DNA of 64,000 nucleotides from Longimicrobiales bacterium (lineage in GTDB: Bacteria > Gemmatimonadota > Gemmatimonadetes > Longimicrobiales > Gaopeijiaceae): contig CBDCNQ010000004.1 of the NCBI GenBank assembly GCA_965219445.1, forward strand, positions 1,164,103 to 1,228,102, in the 5' to 3' direction. Shown here one piece after another: positions 9,208-19,708 of the stretch. Numbering within the stretch: position 1 is the first letter of the stretch; each line of letters starts with the position of its first letter. The position numbers were made by a program, and so were the translations under genes. Under the pieces are notes generated by a model. It was not told the DNA's origin. It was given only the letters and a program-made list of their open reading frames with translations, and made no database searches.

Positions 9208-12177
9208 ATGGGTAGCTTCAACGAAGCCAATACGGTCGAAGCTTTCATCCGAGACCGTCTATGTGGCGGTACCACACATCACACCGCCGTCCGCTCCGGC
9301 CTGGCCCATCGTCACAGTCAAGTGTCCGGTCTTGGCTGGCACTACCTCGCACCACAGAATCTGTCACGCCAGCCGCACGAAGTCCTCGTTGAGGATCGTC
9401 TCCGTGAGGCGTTGATTCGACTGAACCCGGAAATTGCCGAACAGCCTGACCGTGCGGACGACGTCCTGTACAAGCTCCGCGCCATCATCATGGGCGTACG
9501 TAGCGACGGGCTTGTCAAGGCCAACGAGGGGTTTGCGGCTTGGCTGACCGGCGAGCGGTCGATGCCGTTTGGCGAGCATGGCGAGCACGTGACCGTCCGG
9601 CTGATTGACTTCGAGGACCTCAAGCGCAATCAATACGTCGTCACCACCCAGTTCACCTACCGTGCCGGCGCGACCGAGAAGCGGGCGGATCTCGTCCTGC
9701 TGGTCAACGGCATTCCCCTGGCGGTAATCGAAGCGAAGACTCCCGTCCGGGCCAGCCAAAGCTGGTTCGACGGCGCACTCCAGATCCATGACGACTACGA
9801 ACGCAATGTCCCGGAGCTGTTCGTTCCAAACGTCATCTCCATCGCCACTGAAGGCAAAGAGTTCCGGTACGGGTCCATCGGTCTGCCGGTTGAACTGTGG
9901 GGACCATGGCGCATCGAGGCGGACGCTGAGACACCGGCCCTTGTGCGCATCGCCCAAGCCGTCGACTCGATGCTACGGCCGAATGTCGTTCTGGATCTAC
10001 TGGCCAACTTCACAGCGTACGCCACGGACAAGAATAAGCGCCGCATCAAGATAGTTGCGCGCCATCAGCAGTACGAGGCCATCAATCGAATCATGGAGCG
10101 TGTGGTCGCGGGCCACCCGAAAAAGGGTCTCATTTGGCATTTTCAAGGTTCGGGCAAGTCCCTCCTGATGCTCTTCGCCGCCCGCAAGTTGCGACTGCAT
10201 GCGGCGCTCAAGAATCCCACCGTGATGGTCGTGGTCGATCGCGTCGACCTCGACAGCCAGATTTCGAGCACGTTCTACGCCGCCGACACACCGAACTTGG
10301 TGAAGGCCGACAGTCGGGTCGAACTGCAGCGCCTGCTGACGCAGGACACTCGAAAGATCATCATCACGACGATCTTCAAGTTTGCGGAGGCCGAGGGTGT
10401 CCTGAACGACCGCGGCAACATCATCGCGATGGTCGACGAAGCCCATCGCACGCAGGAAGGCGATCTTGGCCGCACGATGCGCGAGGCGCTACCAAACGCT
10501 TTTCTGTTCGGCCTGACCGGCACACCGATCAACCGCGCTGACCGCAACACGTTTTACGCCTTTGGGGCCGAGGAGGACCAAGCTGGCTACATGAGCCGCT
10601 ACGGTTTCGAGGAATCGATCCGCGACGGCGCCACGATGCCGCTCCACTTCGAGCCGCGGTTACTGGATCTGCACATCGACAAGGAAGCCATCGACCAGGC
10701 GTTCACGCAGCTCACGGGTCGCCTAAGCGACCTGGACAGGGACCAGTTGGCGAAGACTGCCGCGAAGATGGCGGTACTGGTGAAGTCCCCGGAACGGATC
10801 CAGACGGTCTGCGCCGACATCGCGCGGCACTTCCAAGAGAAGGTCGCGCCGCACGGCTTCGGCGCCCAGGTGGTCACCTTCGACCGCGAAAGCTGTGTGC
10901 TCTACAAGGAAATGCTCGACGAGCACCTGCCGTCTGAGATGTCGGACATCGTGATGACGGTCAACAGCGGCGAGGACCAATATGCCGCGTACCGTCGCGA
11001 CCGCGACGCCGAAGAGAAGCTGCTTTACCGATTTCGCGATCCAGCCGACCCACTGAAGATCTTGATCGTCACCTCGAAACTGCTGACGGGGTTCGACGCG
11101 CCTATTCTTCAGGCGATGTACCTCGACAAGCCGCTTCGAGACCATACGCTGCTACAGGCGATCTGCCGCACGAATCGGCCCTTCGGTGAGGTCAAGACGC
11201 ACGGGCTCATCGTTGACTATCTTGGGGTCTTCGACGATGTGGCGCAGGCGATTCAGTTCGACGAGGAAGGAATCACCAGGGTCATCAAGAACATCAGCGA
11301 GTTGGCTGGTCGTCTGCCCGAGGCTGTGCAGAAGTGCCTCGCGTACTTCCCGGACGTCGATCGGATCGTTACCGGTTACGAGGGCCTCGTGGCGGCGCAG
11401 GCCTGCTTACCGACCAACGACGTGCGAGATCACTTCGCCGCCGACTACAGCTACCTGGCGCGATTGTGGGAGGCCCTCTCACCGGATCCTGTCCTGAGTG
11501 CGCACGAGACCGACTACCGCTGGCTCACGCAGGTCTACGAGTCTGTGCGACCTTCGACGGGCACGGGCCGCCTTCTGTGGCATGCACTTGGCCCGAAGAC
11601 CATTGAGCTGATTCACGAGCACGTCCACGTTGACGCCATCAGAGACGACCTCGAAACGCTCGTGCTCGACGCCGATCTCCTTGAGGCTGTGCTCGGCGCG
11701 CCCGATCCAGGGAAAAAAGCGAAGGAGATCGAGATCAAGGTCTCGCGGTGGCTTCGGAAGCGTCTGCACGACCCTCGGTTCAAAGAGCTTGGAGAACGGC
11801 TGGAGGCGCTCAAGGAGAGACATGAGCGGGGACTGCTCACGAGTGTTGAGTTCTTGAAGGAACTGCTTAATCTCGCGCGGGATGTCGTGTCAGCCGATCG
11901 CACGGTGCCTCCGATGGAACGCGAAGAGCAAGGGAAGGCGGCTCTTACCCAGCTCTTTGAAGAGGCGAGAAATCCCGACACTCCGATCATCGTCGAGCGC
12001 GTTGTGACCGACATCGACGAGATCGTGCGGTACGTTCGGTTCGACGGCTGGCAGAGTACGCATGCGGGCGAACGCGAGGTCAAGCTAGCCCTTCGAAAAA
12101 CGCTCTTCAAGTACAAGCTCCATCAAGATCAGGAGCTGTTCAACAGAGCGTACGGCTACATCAGAGAGTATTACTAA
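9208..12177 (+). CDS. hsdR: Type I restriction endonuclease subunit R
   Basis: RADLVLLVNGIPLAVIEAK nuclease motif, HFQGSGKS, DEAHR, LTGTP, LLTGFD, QAICRTNR. Confidence 0.95.
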   Translation: MGSFNEANTVEAFIRDRLCGGTTHHTAVRSGLAHRHSQVSGLGWHYLAPQNLSRQPHEVLVEDRLREALIRLNPEIAEQPDRADDVLYKLRAIIMGVRSDGLVKANEGFAAWLTGERSMPFGEHGEHVTVRLIDFEDLKRNQYVVTTQFTYRAGATEKRADLVLLVNGIPLAVIEAKTPVRASQSWFDGALQIHDDYERNVPELFVPNVISIATEGKEFRYGSIGLPVELWGPWRIEADAETPALVRIAQAVDSMLRPNVVLDLLANFTAYATDKNKRRIKIVARHQQYEAINRIMERVVAGHPKKGLIWHFQGSGKSLLMLFAARKLRLHAALKNPTVMVVVDRVDLDSQISSTFYAADTPNLVKADSRVELQRLLTQDTRKIIITTIFKFAEAEGVLNDRGNIIAMVDEAHRTQEGDLGRTMREALPNAFLFGLTGTPINRADRNTFYAFGAEEDQAGYMSRYGFEESIRDGATMPLHFEPRLLDLHIDKEAIDQAFTQLTGRLSDLDRDQLAKTAAKMAVLVKSPERIQTVCADIARHFQEKVAPHGFGAQVVTFDRESCVLYKEMLDEHLPSEMSDIVMTVNSGEDQYAAYRRDRDAEEKLLYRFRDPADPLKILIVTSKLLTGFDAPILQAMYLDKPLRDHTLLQAICRTNRPFGEVKTHGLIVDYLGVFDDVAQAIQFDEEGITRVIKNISELAGRLPEAVQKCLAYFPDVDRIVTGYEGLVAAQACLPTNDVRDHFAADYSYLARLWEALSPDPVLSAHETDYRWLTQVYESVRPSTGTGRLLWHALGPKTIELIHEHVHVDAIRDDLETLVLDADLLEAVLGAPDPGKKAKEIEIKVSRWLRKRLHDPRFKELGERLEALKERHERGLLTSVEFLKELLNLARDVVSADRTVPPMEREEQGKAALTQLFEEARNPDTPIIVERVVTDIDEIVRYVRFDGWQSTHAGEREVKLALRKTLFKYKLHQDQELFNRAYGYIREYY

Positions 12178-12219
12178 ACTCAAGCGAGGCTGCAGGATCG
12201 TCCAAGGTAGTGTGGGCTC

Positions 12220-12600
12220 AGCCGATGGCCATGGCACCATAGCCGAGGCTCGAACCGATGGAGGCTGTTGGCACCAGTGCCGAGCGCACCCAGAGCGGCG
12301 CGTAGTGCCGCGCATACTGGATAGCATGCCCCGCCTCGTGCGTGGTCACGCCGACGGCGGCGATGGAATCCGACGCATAGACCGGCTCGGAGAGCGCCAG
12401 CTTTCTTCGTCACCGGGTTGGAGTGGTCGGACAGCACGCCGTGGGCGCGGACAATCTGCACGTCGGTGATGCCTGCCCCGCGCAGGAGGGCCGCTGCGGC
12501 CTGGGCGTCCGTGAACCCGCGCCGACCCTGGACCTTCGCACAGTAGTTGAAGGTGCGCTTGACCCGCGCACTCGCCCAGGGCGAGAGTCCCAATCCGGGG
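12220..12600 (-). pseudogene. YugP-like zinc metallopeptidase fragment (frameshifted)
   Basis: Manual translation LSDH.NPVTKK / LALSEPVYASDSIAAVGVTTHEAGHAIQ (HExxH). Confidence 0.75.
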
Positions 12601-12619
12601 AGGGCGGGTTGATTACTGA

Positions 12620-13165
12620 CGATCCTAGGGGTCGAGCGCAGGGGGTTCCTGCTAAGTGCGACGCTCGGGCTCGCGATGTGGAACGCGATGAACTCGCTCG
12701 TGACGGGCGGCGTGGTGTTCGCGGTGGGTTACGGAGCCGGGTGGCCGGCCAGCCGGAAGGACCCCGACATGCTTGGCGTGCTACGCTCGGGGACGCGCTA
12801 CCCGGCTCGCTTCGACCCTGGCAAGTGGGCCGACGAGCCCTGGCATCTAGTGATCCGGAGCGGGCGATGAGGATCTCCGCGGAGCTCAGGGACTACGAGG
12901 CGGCCGGTTCGCTGACCTAGGAGCTGCCCTACTGGGGCTGGCTCGAGGACGGCTGTACCTGCCCGACGCGCTCCGGCGAGCTGATCGCGGTCGGACGTCT
13001 GGAGCCCGCGGTCGTGGATGGGCGTTCACCCGAGCAGATCGACCGTGTGCTGGGCCGCTGGCAGCGTCTGCTCTCGGGGTTGGACGACCATACGCGTCTC
13101 TACTTCTATCTACTCCGCCGGCCGGCCTCGCCCGAGGCCGCGGACATCGCGGGCTCCGGCATCGT
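12620..13165 (+). pseudogene. Relics of T4SS VirB3-like and VirB4-like N-terminus
   Basis: Two-TM ..MWNAMNSLVTGG..RKDPDML overlapping MRISAELRDYEAAGSL*ELPYWGWLED; stop codon, frameshifts and truncation. Confidence 0.55.
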
Positions 13166-13719
13166 AGCGGGTCGTTCCCGGCCTCCCCCCAATTTGGACC
13201 TCCACGGTCCGACCAAACGGCTACGCTCACGCCGGCAACGCCTCGTATCGGGTGCGGCCAACCCCTGCCGCAGCGGCCCGTTCGTTTTGTATATCCGAAG
13301 TGATCCACAGCGTATCGGTGACCGGCTAACCGCCAGCGTAGTAACGGGTTACTGAATAATTCGCCGGTTCAACCCAGACTGCACGATCTGCCGCACTTGC
13401 CGTTGGCCGTTGGCTGATTGCAGCGTACCGAAATAGCGAGAAAACGGCATCGAATGTCGGGAATCCGGGTCGCATCGGGTCCCGTGTCAGCAGTTCGTCG
13501 TGAGTTCCTCACGCTGGCCAAGGTCACGTGGGTGGCCCCCCGTATGACGGCCCACACCTACGCGGGACTCTTCAGCGATCACAAGTGGACGATAGGTCAG
13601 TGGTGGTACGGGAAGGCAGACTGCTGCATCGACCGATGGGCCGGGAACGGGCGCGGCGCCCACACGATCGTTCACGAGGTCTTCCGCCTGTTCAGATTTC
13701 GGCGCCCGGACACACCGCC

Positions 13720-13850
13720 CGACAGAGGCGTCGTCGCCGAGCCATGCGCGGAGCTTCTTCACGACAGTGCGCACGCGATTGGTATCGTCCGAGCCCCGGC
13801 GCCCCCACACTTGGCGGAGGAGCGCGTCCGTGGTCACCCCCGCATGGTCG
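13720..13850 (-). pseudogene. OmpR-type winged-helix response-regulator fragment
   Basis: LLRQVWGRRGSDDTNRVRTVVKKLRAWLGDD. Confidence 0.6.
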
Positions 13851-13967
13851 TGGGTAGCCAACAAGCAATGCTCCCTCCTCGATCAGCAACGCCAGCACCG
13901 ACCGCAACTTCGTTAGGTCCTAAGCCGGGGGCGGTCCCGGGCAGCTCCGGGCGGGGCACCGTCCGCT

Positions 13968-15074
13968 TCAGCGGCGCACGGCCTCGAGCAGGAGCTGCCC
14001 GACCTCCTGGTTCTCCTTCAGTCCACCGAAGCGCTCCGCACCAGGACCCACGGCGAAGAGCGGAACGAACGCGGCCGAGTGGTCCTCGGTGGTGTACTGC
14101 AGGCTGTCGGTGCGGCGCTCGGCCGTGGGGAGGCCGATGCCGCCGGTCTCGTGGTCCGCGGTCACGACGACGAGCGTCTGGGGGCTCCGGCGGCGGAAGT
14201 CGAGCGCCAATCGCACCGCGTCGTCGAAGGCGAGCATCTCCCGGACGAGGATCTCGCGCCCGGCGTTCCGATGAGCCTCTGTGTCGGTGCCCTCGCTTTC
14301 CACCATCAGGAAGAACCCCCCGGGGCGGCCCTCCAGCATCTCGAGCGCGACGGACATCATGGCCGCAAGGCTGGGAGACCGCTCCACTGCGGGCGCCATC
14401 TCGCCCTCGGCGAAGAGGCCGAGGAGAGCGGTCTCCTGATCGGTACGGACGGCTTCCAGCTCTGCGACGGACTCGACGATCTCGTACCGCTCCCTGGCCG
14501 GAGTCCAGAGATCGACGCCCGCCCGCTCCTCCGCAATGTCCAACAGCCCTCGTCCGCCCCCCATGAGCACGTCCACGGGCAGGTCGATCATCTGCCGGAA
14601 GATGCTCACTTGCTCCGTGCGTGAGAGGGCATGGGCGCCGAAGGCTGCCGGAGTGGCATCGGTGATGTACGTCGTCGTGACGAGCCCCGTCCCCATCCCT
14701 TGCCGCTTGGCGGCTTCCAGTACGGTTTCCAGGGAGGTCGAGTCGGGCCCGACGGCAACGGCTCCAAAGAACGTTCGGGTGCCGGTCGACAGCGCAGTGG
14801 CGCCCGCCGCGCTTCCCGTCACGACATGATCGTGGCCTCTGGTATCGACGAGGCCTGTCACGGGGAACTCCCGCACCGCCAGCTGGTTCCGGGCGAAGTG
14901 GGCAAGCGTCCAGTGCTCGACGCCCGCCCCGTCGGCGATCATCACGATGAGGTTTCGGGGCGCCAGCCCGCTCGGAGCGTCGGGGGTGCAGGCCGACACC
15001 CAAAGCGCGGCGAGCGCGACGAGCCCGAGCGAAGGACGGGAAGATGCGGTCATTGAAAAGGTCCTTAGGCTCAT
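13968..15074 (-). CDS. Alkaline phosphatase family lipoprotein
   Basis: MIADGAG, TGSAAGATA, DATPAAF, VTADHETGG; lipobox WVSAC. Confidence 0.88.
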   Translation of the reverse strand: MSLRTFSMTASSRPSLGLVALAALWVSACTPDAPSGLAPRNLIVMIADGAGVEHWTLAHFARNQLAVREFPVTGLVDTRGHDHVVTGSAAGATALSTGTRTFFGAVAVGPDSTSLETVLEAAKRQGMGTGLVTTTYITDATPAAFGAHALSRTEQVSIFRQMIDLPVDVLMGGGRGLLDIAEERAGVDLWTPARERYEIVESVAELEAVRTDQETALLGLFAEGEMAPAVERSPSLAAMMSVALEMLEGRPGGFFLMVESEGTDTEAHRNAGREILVREMLAFDDAVRLALDFRRRSPQTLVVVTADHETGGIGLPTAERRTDSLQYTTEDHSAAFVPLFAVGPGAERFGGLKENQEVGQLLLEAVRR

Positions 15075-15335
15075 CCTAGATCCACGCGCCGTCCTTGATC
15101 GACCCAGACACTCAGGGGTTGGCGCTCTCGCTTCCTCCCCGCCAATCCGCTCCTCCGGTGGCGGAGTCCGCGGGTCCTGGCGCAAAGCGTCCTTTCCCGG
15201 GGCCTCCCGAGCACGCGGTCGGGCCCGCCGTCCGGAGGCTCTGAGTCGTTCCTATGCCGCGTGCGAGAATGTAGCAGGCCGGCTGTCACGAGCCCGAGAG
15301 CTTCTTGCATCGGCGCTTGCCAGCCCCCCGGCCGG

Positions 15336-16175
15336 CTAGGCGGTCGCCCTGGCCCCGGCGCGGCGGCGGAGCCACTCCACCGCGCACAAGAGCAGTACGG
15401 CAAAGCCGATCAGGAAGGTCGCCGCGGCCAGGATCGCAGGACTGATCTGCTCGCGCACGCCGGCCCACATCTGTCGCGGGATCGTGCGCTGCGCCTCGCC
15501 GGCCATGAACAGCACCACCACCACTTCGTCGAACGAGACGGCGAAGGCGAACAGCGCGCCCGAGACGACGCCGGGTGCGATCAGCGGCAGCTCCACTCGG
15601 CGGAACGTGCGCCACGGGCCGGCTCCCAACCCGTTGGCGGCACGCGTCAGGTTGCGGTCGAAGGATGCGAGAGTGGCGGTTACGGTGATGACGACGAACG
15701 GCGTGCCGAGAGCCGCGTGGGCCAGGATCAATCCCAGGTGGGTCTGCGCGAGGCCGAGCGCCGAGTAGAAGAAAAACATGCCGGTCGCCGAGATGACGAG
15801 CGGCGTGACCATGGGCGAGAGGAGGAGCCCCATCGCGAGACGGCGCGCCGGCATGGCGCGGTTCGCGAGCCCGAGGGCGGCCAGCGTGCCCAGGCCGGTC
15901 GCCAGCAGGGTGGCCGCCGTGCCGATGAACAGACTGTTCGCGAGGGCGCGCCGCCACACCGGGTCGCTGGTCACCTGGCGGTACCAGCGGAGCGAGAACG
16001 CCTCGGCGTCGAGGCGCAGCATGCCCTCGGTGAACGTGAAATACGGCTCGACGTTGAAGCTGAGCGGCACCATGACCACCAGCGGCACGAGCAGGAACGC
16101 GAAGATCCCTACGCAGGCCGCGAGGTAGGCCGCGCGCCCCACGCCCACGCCGACGCCGAGCCCCTCCGCCCTCAT
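15336..16175 (-). CDS. Polyamine-type ABC transporter permease (PotC-like)
   Basis: AANGLGA EAA-like loop, FAVSFDEVVV; operon context. Confidence 0.88.
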   Translation of the reverse strand: MRAEGLGVGVGVGRAAYLAACVGIFAFLLVPLVVMVPLSFNVEPYFTFTEGMLRLDAEAFSLRWYRQVTSDPVWRRALANSLFIGTAATLLATGLGTLAALGLANRAMPARRLAMGLLLSPMVTPLVISATGMFFFYSALGLAQTHLGLILAHAALGTPFVVITVTATLASFDRNLTRAANGLGAGPWRTFRRVELPLIAPGVVSGALFAFAVSFDEVVVVLFMAGEAQRTIPRQMWAGVREQISPAILAAATFLIGFAVLLLCAVEWLRRRAGARATA

Positions 16176-17356
16176 CCCAGCCTCATCCGCTCCACCCCGA
16201 CCACCCGGTCGTAGACGAGGTAGAGCGCCGCCACCGACAGGAGCAGGATCCCGCCCAGCGCGCTCGCCAGTCCCCAGTTCAGGGAGGTCTGCATGTGGTA
16301 GGCGATGAAGTTCGAGATCAGCTGGCCGCTTTGGCCGCCCACGAGCGCCGGGGTGATGTAGTAGCCGATGGCCAGGATGAAGACCAGCAGCGAGCCGGCG
16401 CCGACGCCCGGCACGGTCTGGGGCCAGTAGACGCGCCAAAAGGCCCGGGGGAAGCCGGCGCCCAGCGAGGCGGCGGCGGCCATCTGCCGCCGGGGGATGG
16501 AGCGCATCACCGAGTAGAGGGGCAGGACCATGAACGGGAGCAGGATGTGGGTCATGGCCACGAGCGTGCCGGTCATGTTGTGGACCAGGGCGATGCGTCC
16601 GTCGTCGGCGACGAGCCCGGCCCAGACGAGCAGGTCGTTGATGACGCCCTGCGTCTGCAGCAGGACGATCCAGGATGTGGTGCGGACCAAGAGCGACGTC
16701 CAGAACGGCACGAGCACGAGCGCGAGCAGCCAACCGGCGCGCCGCACGGGGGCGTGCGCGATGAGGTAGGCGATGGGATAGCCCAGGAACAGGCAGAACA
16801 CCGTGACGGCTAGGCTGACGGCGAACGTGCGCCCGAACAGCCGTACGTAGATACGCTCGTCCGCCGGGCGGAGCTCGATAGAGCCGTCGGGCGCTCGGTC
16901 CAGATCGACGGCGTGCAGGTAGTGGCGCGCCGTCAGCCGGTCGCCGGCCGTGCGGACGGCGCGCCAGGTCCCCGGATCGCCCCACTCGGGGTCGATGTCG
17001 AGGAACGCCTCCGGCCCCGCGCCGGCCGGCATGTCACGGAACTCGCGCGCCGTCCGGACCAGGACGCTCCTGAGGCCGCCCTGCACTCGGTTGATCCGCG
17101 TGGCGACGCGGCCGAGCGTTCCTTCGTCCGCCGCGCGAGCGAGCTCCGTGGCGGCCGCGGCGTAGACGGCCTCGGGGGGCGGCTCCCGGCCGTCCCACTC
17201 GCCGAGCAGGGCCAGCGTCTGGGGCATGACGTCCGCCACCGTCGGATCGTAGACGCTCCTGACGAGCATCATCGCTACCGGCAGGGCGAACGTGACCGTG
17301 ATGAACGCAGCGAGCGGCAGGACCAGCCCGCCGGCCCTGAGCCGCGCTCGGATCAC
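16172..17356 (-). CDS. Polyamine-type ABC transporter permease (PotB-like)
   Basis: VPFWTSLLVRT, LPFMVLPLY, AAASLGA, YITPALVGG. Confidence 0.88.
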   Translation of the reverse strand: MIRARLRAGGLVLPLAAFITVTFALPVAMMLVRSVYDPTVADVMPQTLALLGEWDGREPPPEAVYAAAATELARAADEGTLGRVATRINRVQGGLRSVLVRTAREFRDMPAGAGPEAFLDIDPEWGDPGTWRAVRTAGDRLTARHYLHAVDLDRAPDGSIELRPADERIYVRLFGRTFAVSLAVTVFCLFLGYPIAYLIAHAPVRRAGWLLALVLVPFWTSLLVRTTSWIVLLQTQGVINDLLVWAGLVADDGRIALVHNMTGTLVAMTHILLPFMVLPLYSVMRSIPRRQMAAAASLGAGFPRAFWRVYWPQTVPGVGAGSLLVFILAIGYYITPALVGGQSGQLISNFIAYHMQTSLNWGLASALGGILLLSVAALYLVYDRVVGVERMRLG

Positions 17357-18444
17357 TGCGCCAGCCAGGCGCTGAACCGCTCGTTCATCTCGTCCATGTG
17401 GTCGCTCCACCACAGCCAGTCGCTCTGTAGAACTCGCGCCATGTTATCCGGGTGCGTCGGCATGTGGGGATTCATGTCGACGCCGGTCTCGACGTGCGTC
17501 CCCACGAGCGGCAGACCCGACCGTCGGGCGGGGCTGTAGGCGATGTGGCCGCCGACGGCGGCCATCGACTCCGCGGTGGTGGCAAAGCGGACCAACTCGA
17601 GCGCGGCCTCGAGGTTCCTGGTGCCGGCGACGATGCCCAGCTGGCCCGTATCGAGCACCTGGCCGTCCCAGACAATCACAAAGGGCTGGCTCTCGAGCAC
17701 CTGGGCGTTGAAGATGCGGCCGTTGTAGGCCGTCGTCATCGCCACCTCGCCGTCGGCGAGCATCTGCGGCGGCTGCGCCCCGGCCTCCCACCACACCACC
17801 TCATCCTTGATGGTGCCGAGCTTGCCCAAGGCCCGCTCCACCCCCTCGGGCGTGTCGAGCACGGCGTATACCTCTTCGAGGGGCACGCCGTCAGCCATCA
17901 GCGCGAACTCCAGATTGACGAGAGGGGTGCGGCGCATCCCGCGGCGGCCGGGAAAGCGCTCCAGATCGAAGAAGTCCTCGATCGTCCGGGGCTTCTCGCC
18001 CGGCGTACGCGCGTCGTTGTAGGCGTAGACGGTGGAATAGAGCACCATGCCCACGCTGCATTCCAAGAGCGTCTCGGGAAGGAAGTCGTCCGTGGCCGGC
18101 GTGCCGTCGGGAGCGGGCGGGAGCTGGGCGGCGTCGATCCCCTCGAGCAGGCCCTCGTCGCAGCCGCTGACCGCGTCGGCAATTTCAAGGTCGACGACGT
18201 CCCAGTGCACGTTGCCCGACTCCACCTGGGCGCGCACCTGGGCCAGGCCGCCGTTGTAGTCCTCCAGGCGCACCTCGATTCCGGTCTCGGCCATGAAGGG
18301 CTCGAGGTAGCCCTTCCTGATGGCCTCGCCGTAGGAGCCGCCCCAGGAAACGACGGTCAGCGAGTCCGCGGGCTCGCCGCCGCAGCCCAGGGCCAGGGCC
18401 GCGATGGCGGCCGCACCGATGGTCCATCCGTGTTTGCCTGTCAT
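17353..18444 (-). CDS. ABC transporter substrate-binding lipoprotein (PotD-like)
   Basis: Lipobox LALGC, VVSWGGSY, LADGEV. Confidence 0.88.
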   Translation of the reverse strand: MTGKHGWTIGAAAIAALALGCGGEPADSLTVVSWGGSYGEAIRKGYLEPFMAETGIEVRLEDYNGGLAQVRAQVESGNVHWDVVDLEIADAVSGCDEGLLEGIDAAQLPPAPDGTPATDDFLPETLLECSVGMVLYSTVYAYNDARTPGEKPRTIEDFFDLERFPGRRGMRRTPLVNLEFALMADGVPLEEVYAVLDTPEGVERALGKLGTIKDEVVWWEAGAQPPQMLADGEVAMTTAYNGRIFNAQVLESQPFVIVWDGQVLDTGQLGIVAGTRNLEAALELVRFATTAESMAAVGGHIAYSPARRSGLPLVGTHVETGVDMNPHMPTHPDNMARVLQSDWLWWSDHMDEMNERFSAWLAQ

Positions 18445-19565
18445 GGCGTGTCCTCCTCGTCTTCGGGGTCGAGCACCCTGCAGTCGGTCGGGGTCCAGCC
18501 GATGCGGACGCGGTCGCCTTCCAGAACGGCGCCGTGGCCGACCATGTTGGGAATCTTGACGATGAAGTCCGAGTGGCCGCAGACATCGACTCTCAAGCGA
18601 AGATGGTCGCCCAGAAACGTGATGTCCTCGAGGCGGGCGTCGAACTCGTTGGTGTAGAGGCCCGGCGTCGGCGCGATGGCGACCCGCTCGGGCCGGATCG
18701 AGATCGTCGTGCGGTCGCCGGGCCCGCATTCGGCGACGCGGAACGCCTGGACGAGCTGGCCGCCGACGTCGACGTCGCATATCGCGTCCCGGACGGCGAC
18801 AACCGTGCCGGCCAGGCGGTTGTTCTCGCCGATGAAGCGAGCGACGAATGAGCGCTCCGGCTCCTCGTAGAGCGTTTCGGGCGAGGCGGCCTGCTCGATG
18901 CGGCCGGCGCGGAAGACCGCGACCCGGTCCGACATGACCATCGCCTCGTTCTGGTCGTGCGTGACGTAGAGGACCGTGACGCCCAGGTCGGCGTGGATGC
19001 GGCGGATCTCGTACTGCAGCTCCTCCCTTAGCCGCCGGTCGAGTGCGCCGAGCGGCTCGTCCATCAGCACGAGCTCGGGCTCGAACACCAGCGCTCGGGC
19101 AATGGCCACCCTCTGCTGCTGGCCACCCGAGAGCTGGCTCGGCCGCCGGTGCTCGAGCCCCTCGAGCCGCACCAGCTCCAGGGCGCGGCCGACCCGCTCG
19201 CGGCGAGCCGCAGGATCGAGCCCGCGCACCTCGAGCGGGAACGACAGGTTCCCGCCCACGGTCATGTGAGGAAACAGCGCGTAGTTCTGGAACACCATGC
19301 CGATGCCCCGGCGCCGGGGTGCCACCTCGTTCATGGCCCGGCCGTCGATGCGGATCGTGCCCGAGGTAGGCTCCTCGAACCCGGCGAGCATCATCAGGCA
19401 AGTCGTCTTGCCCGACCCCGAGGGGCCGAGCAGCGTGAGGAACTCGCCCTTTTGGACCGTCAGGTCGAGGTCGCTTACGACCTCGGTCCGCCCGTTGAAG
19501 CTCTTGGTGACACGTTCGAACTCGACATGGTCAGGACCGTCGGGCGGCTGGCGTCTTGGCCGCAT
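18441..19565 (-). CDS. ABC transporter ATP-binding protein (PotA-like)
   Basis: GPSGSGKT, LSGGQQQRVA, DEPLGALD, TOBE tail. Confidence 0.92.
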   Translation of the reverse strand: MRPRRQPPDGPDHVEFERVTKSFNGRTEVVSDLDLTVQKGEFLTLLGPSGSGKTTCLMMLAGFEEPTSGTIRIDGRAMNEVAPRRRGIGMVFQNYALFPHMTVGGNLSFPLEVRGLDPAARRERVGRALELVRLEGLEHRRPSQLSGGQQQRVAIARALVFEPELVLMDEPLGALDRRLREELQYEIRRIHADLGVTVLYVTHDQNEAMVMSDRVAVFRAGRIEQAASPETLYEEPERSFVARFIGENNRLAGTVVAVRDAICDVDVGGQLVQAFRVAECGPGDRTTISIRPERVAIAPTPGLYTNEFDARLEDITFLGDHLRLRVDVCGHSDFIVKIPNMVGHGAVLEGDRVRIGWTPTDCRVLDPEDEEDTP

Positions 19566-19708
19566 CCTGCGGGTTCCCTCCCGCAGCTCACTACTTAGAG
19601 TCGTCCCACCCTGAGTTGTCCCACCTTCGCGCCGCTCTCGCACAACGGTGCCCTTTATCCTTTAGATCCCGGGTCCCGGGGGCGGACTCACCCTCGGGTC
19701 GACGGTCG

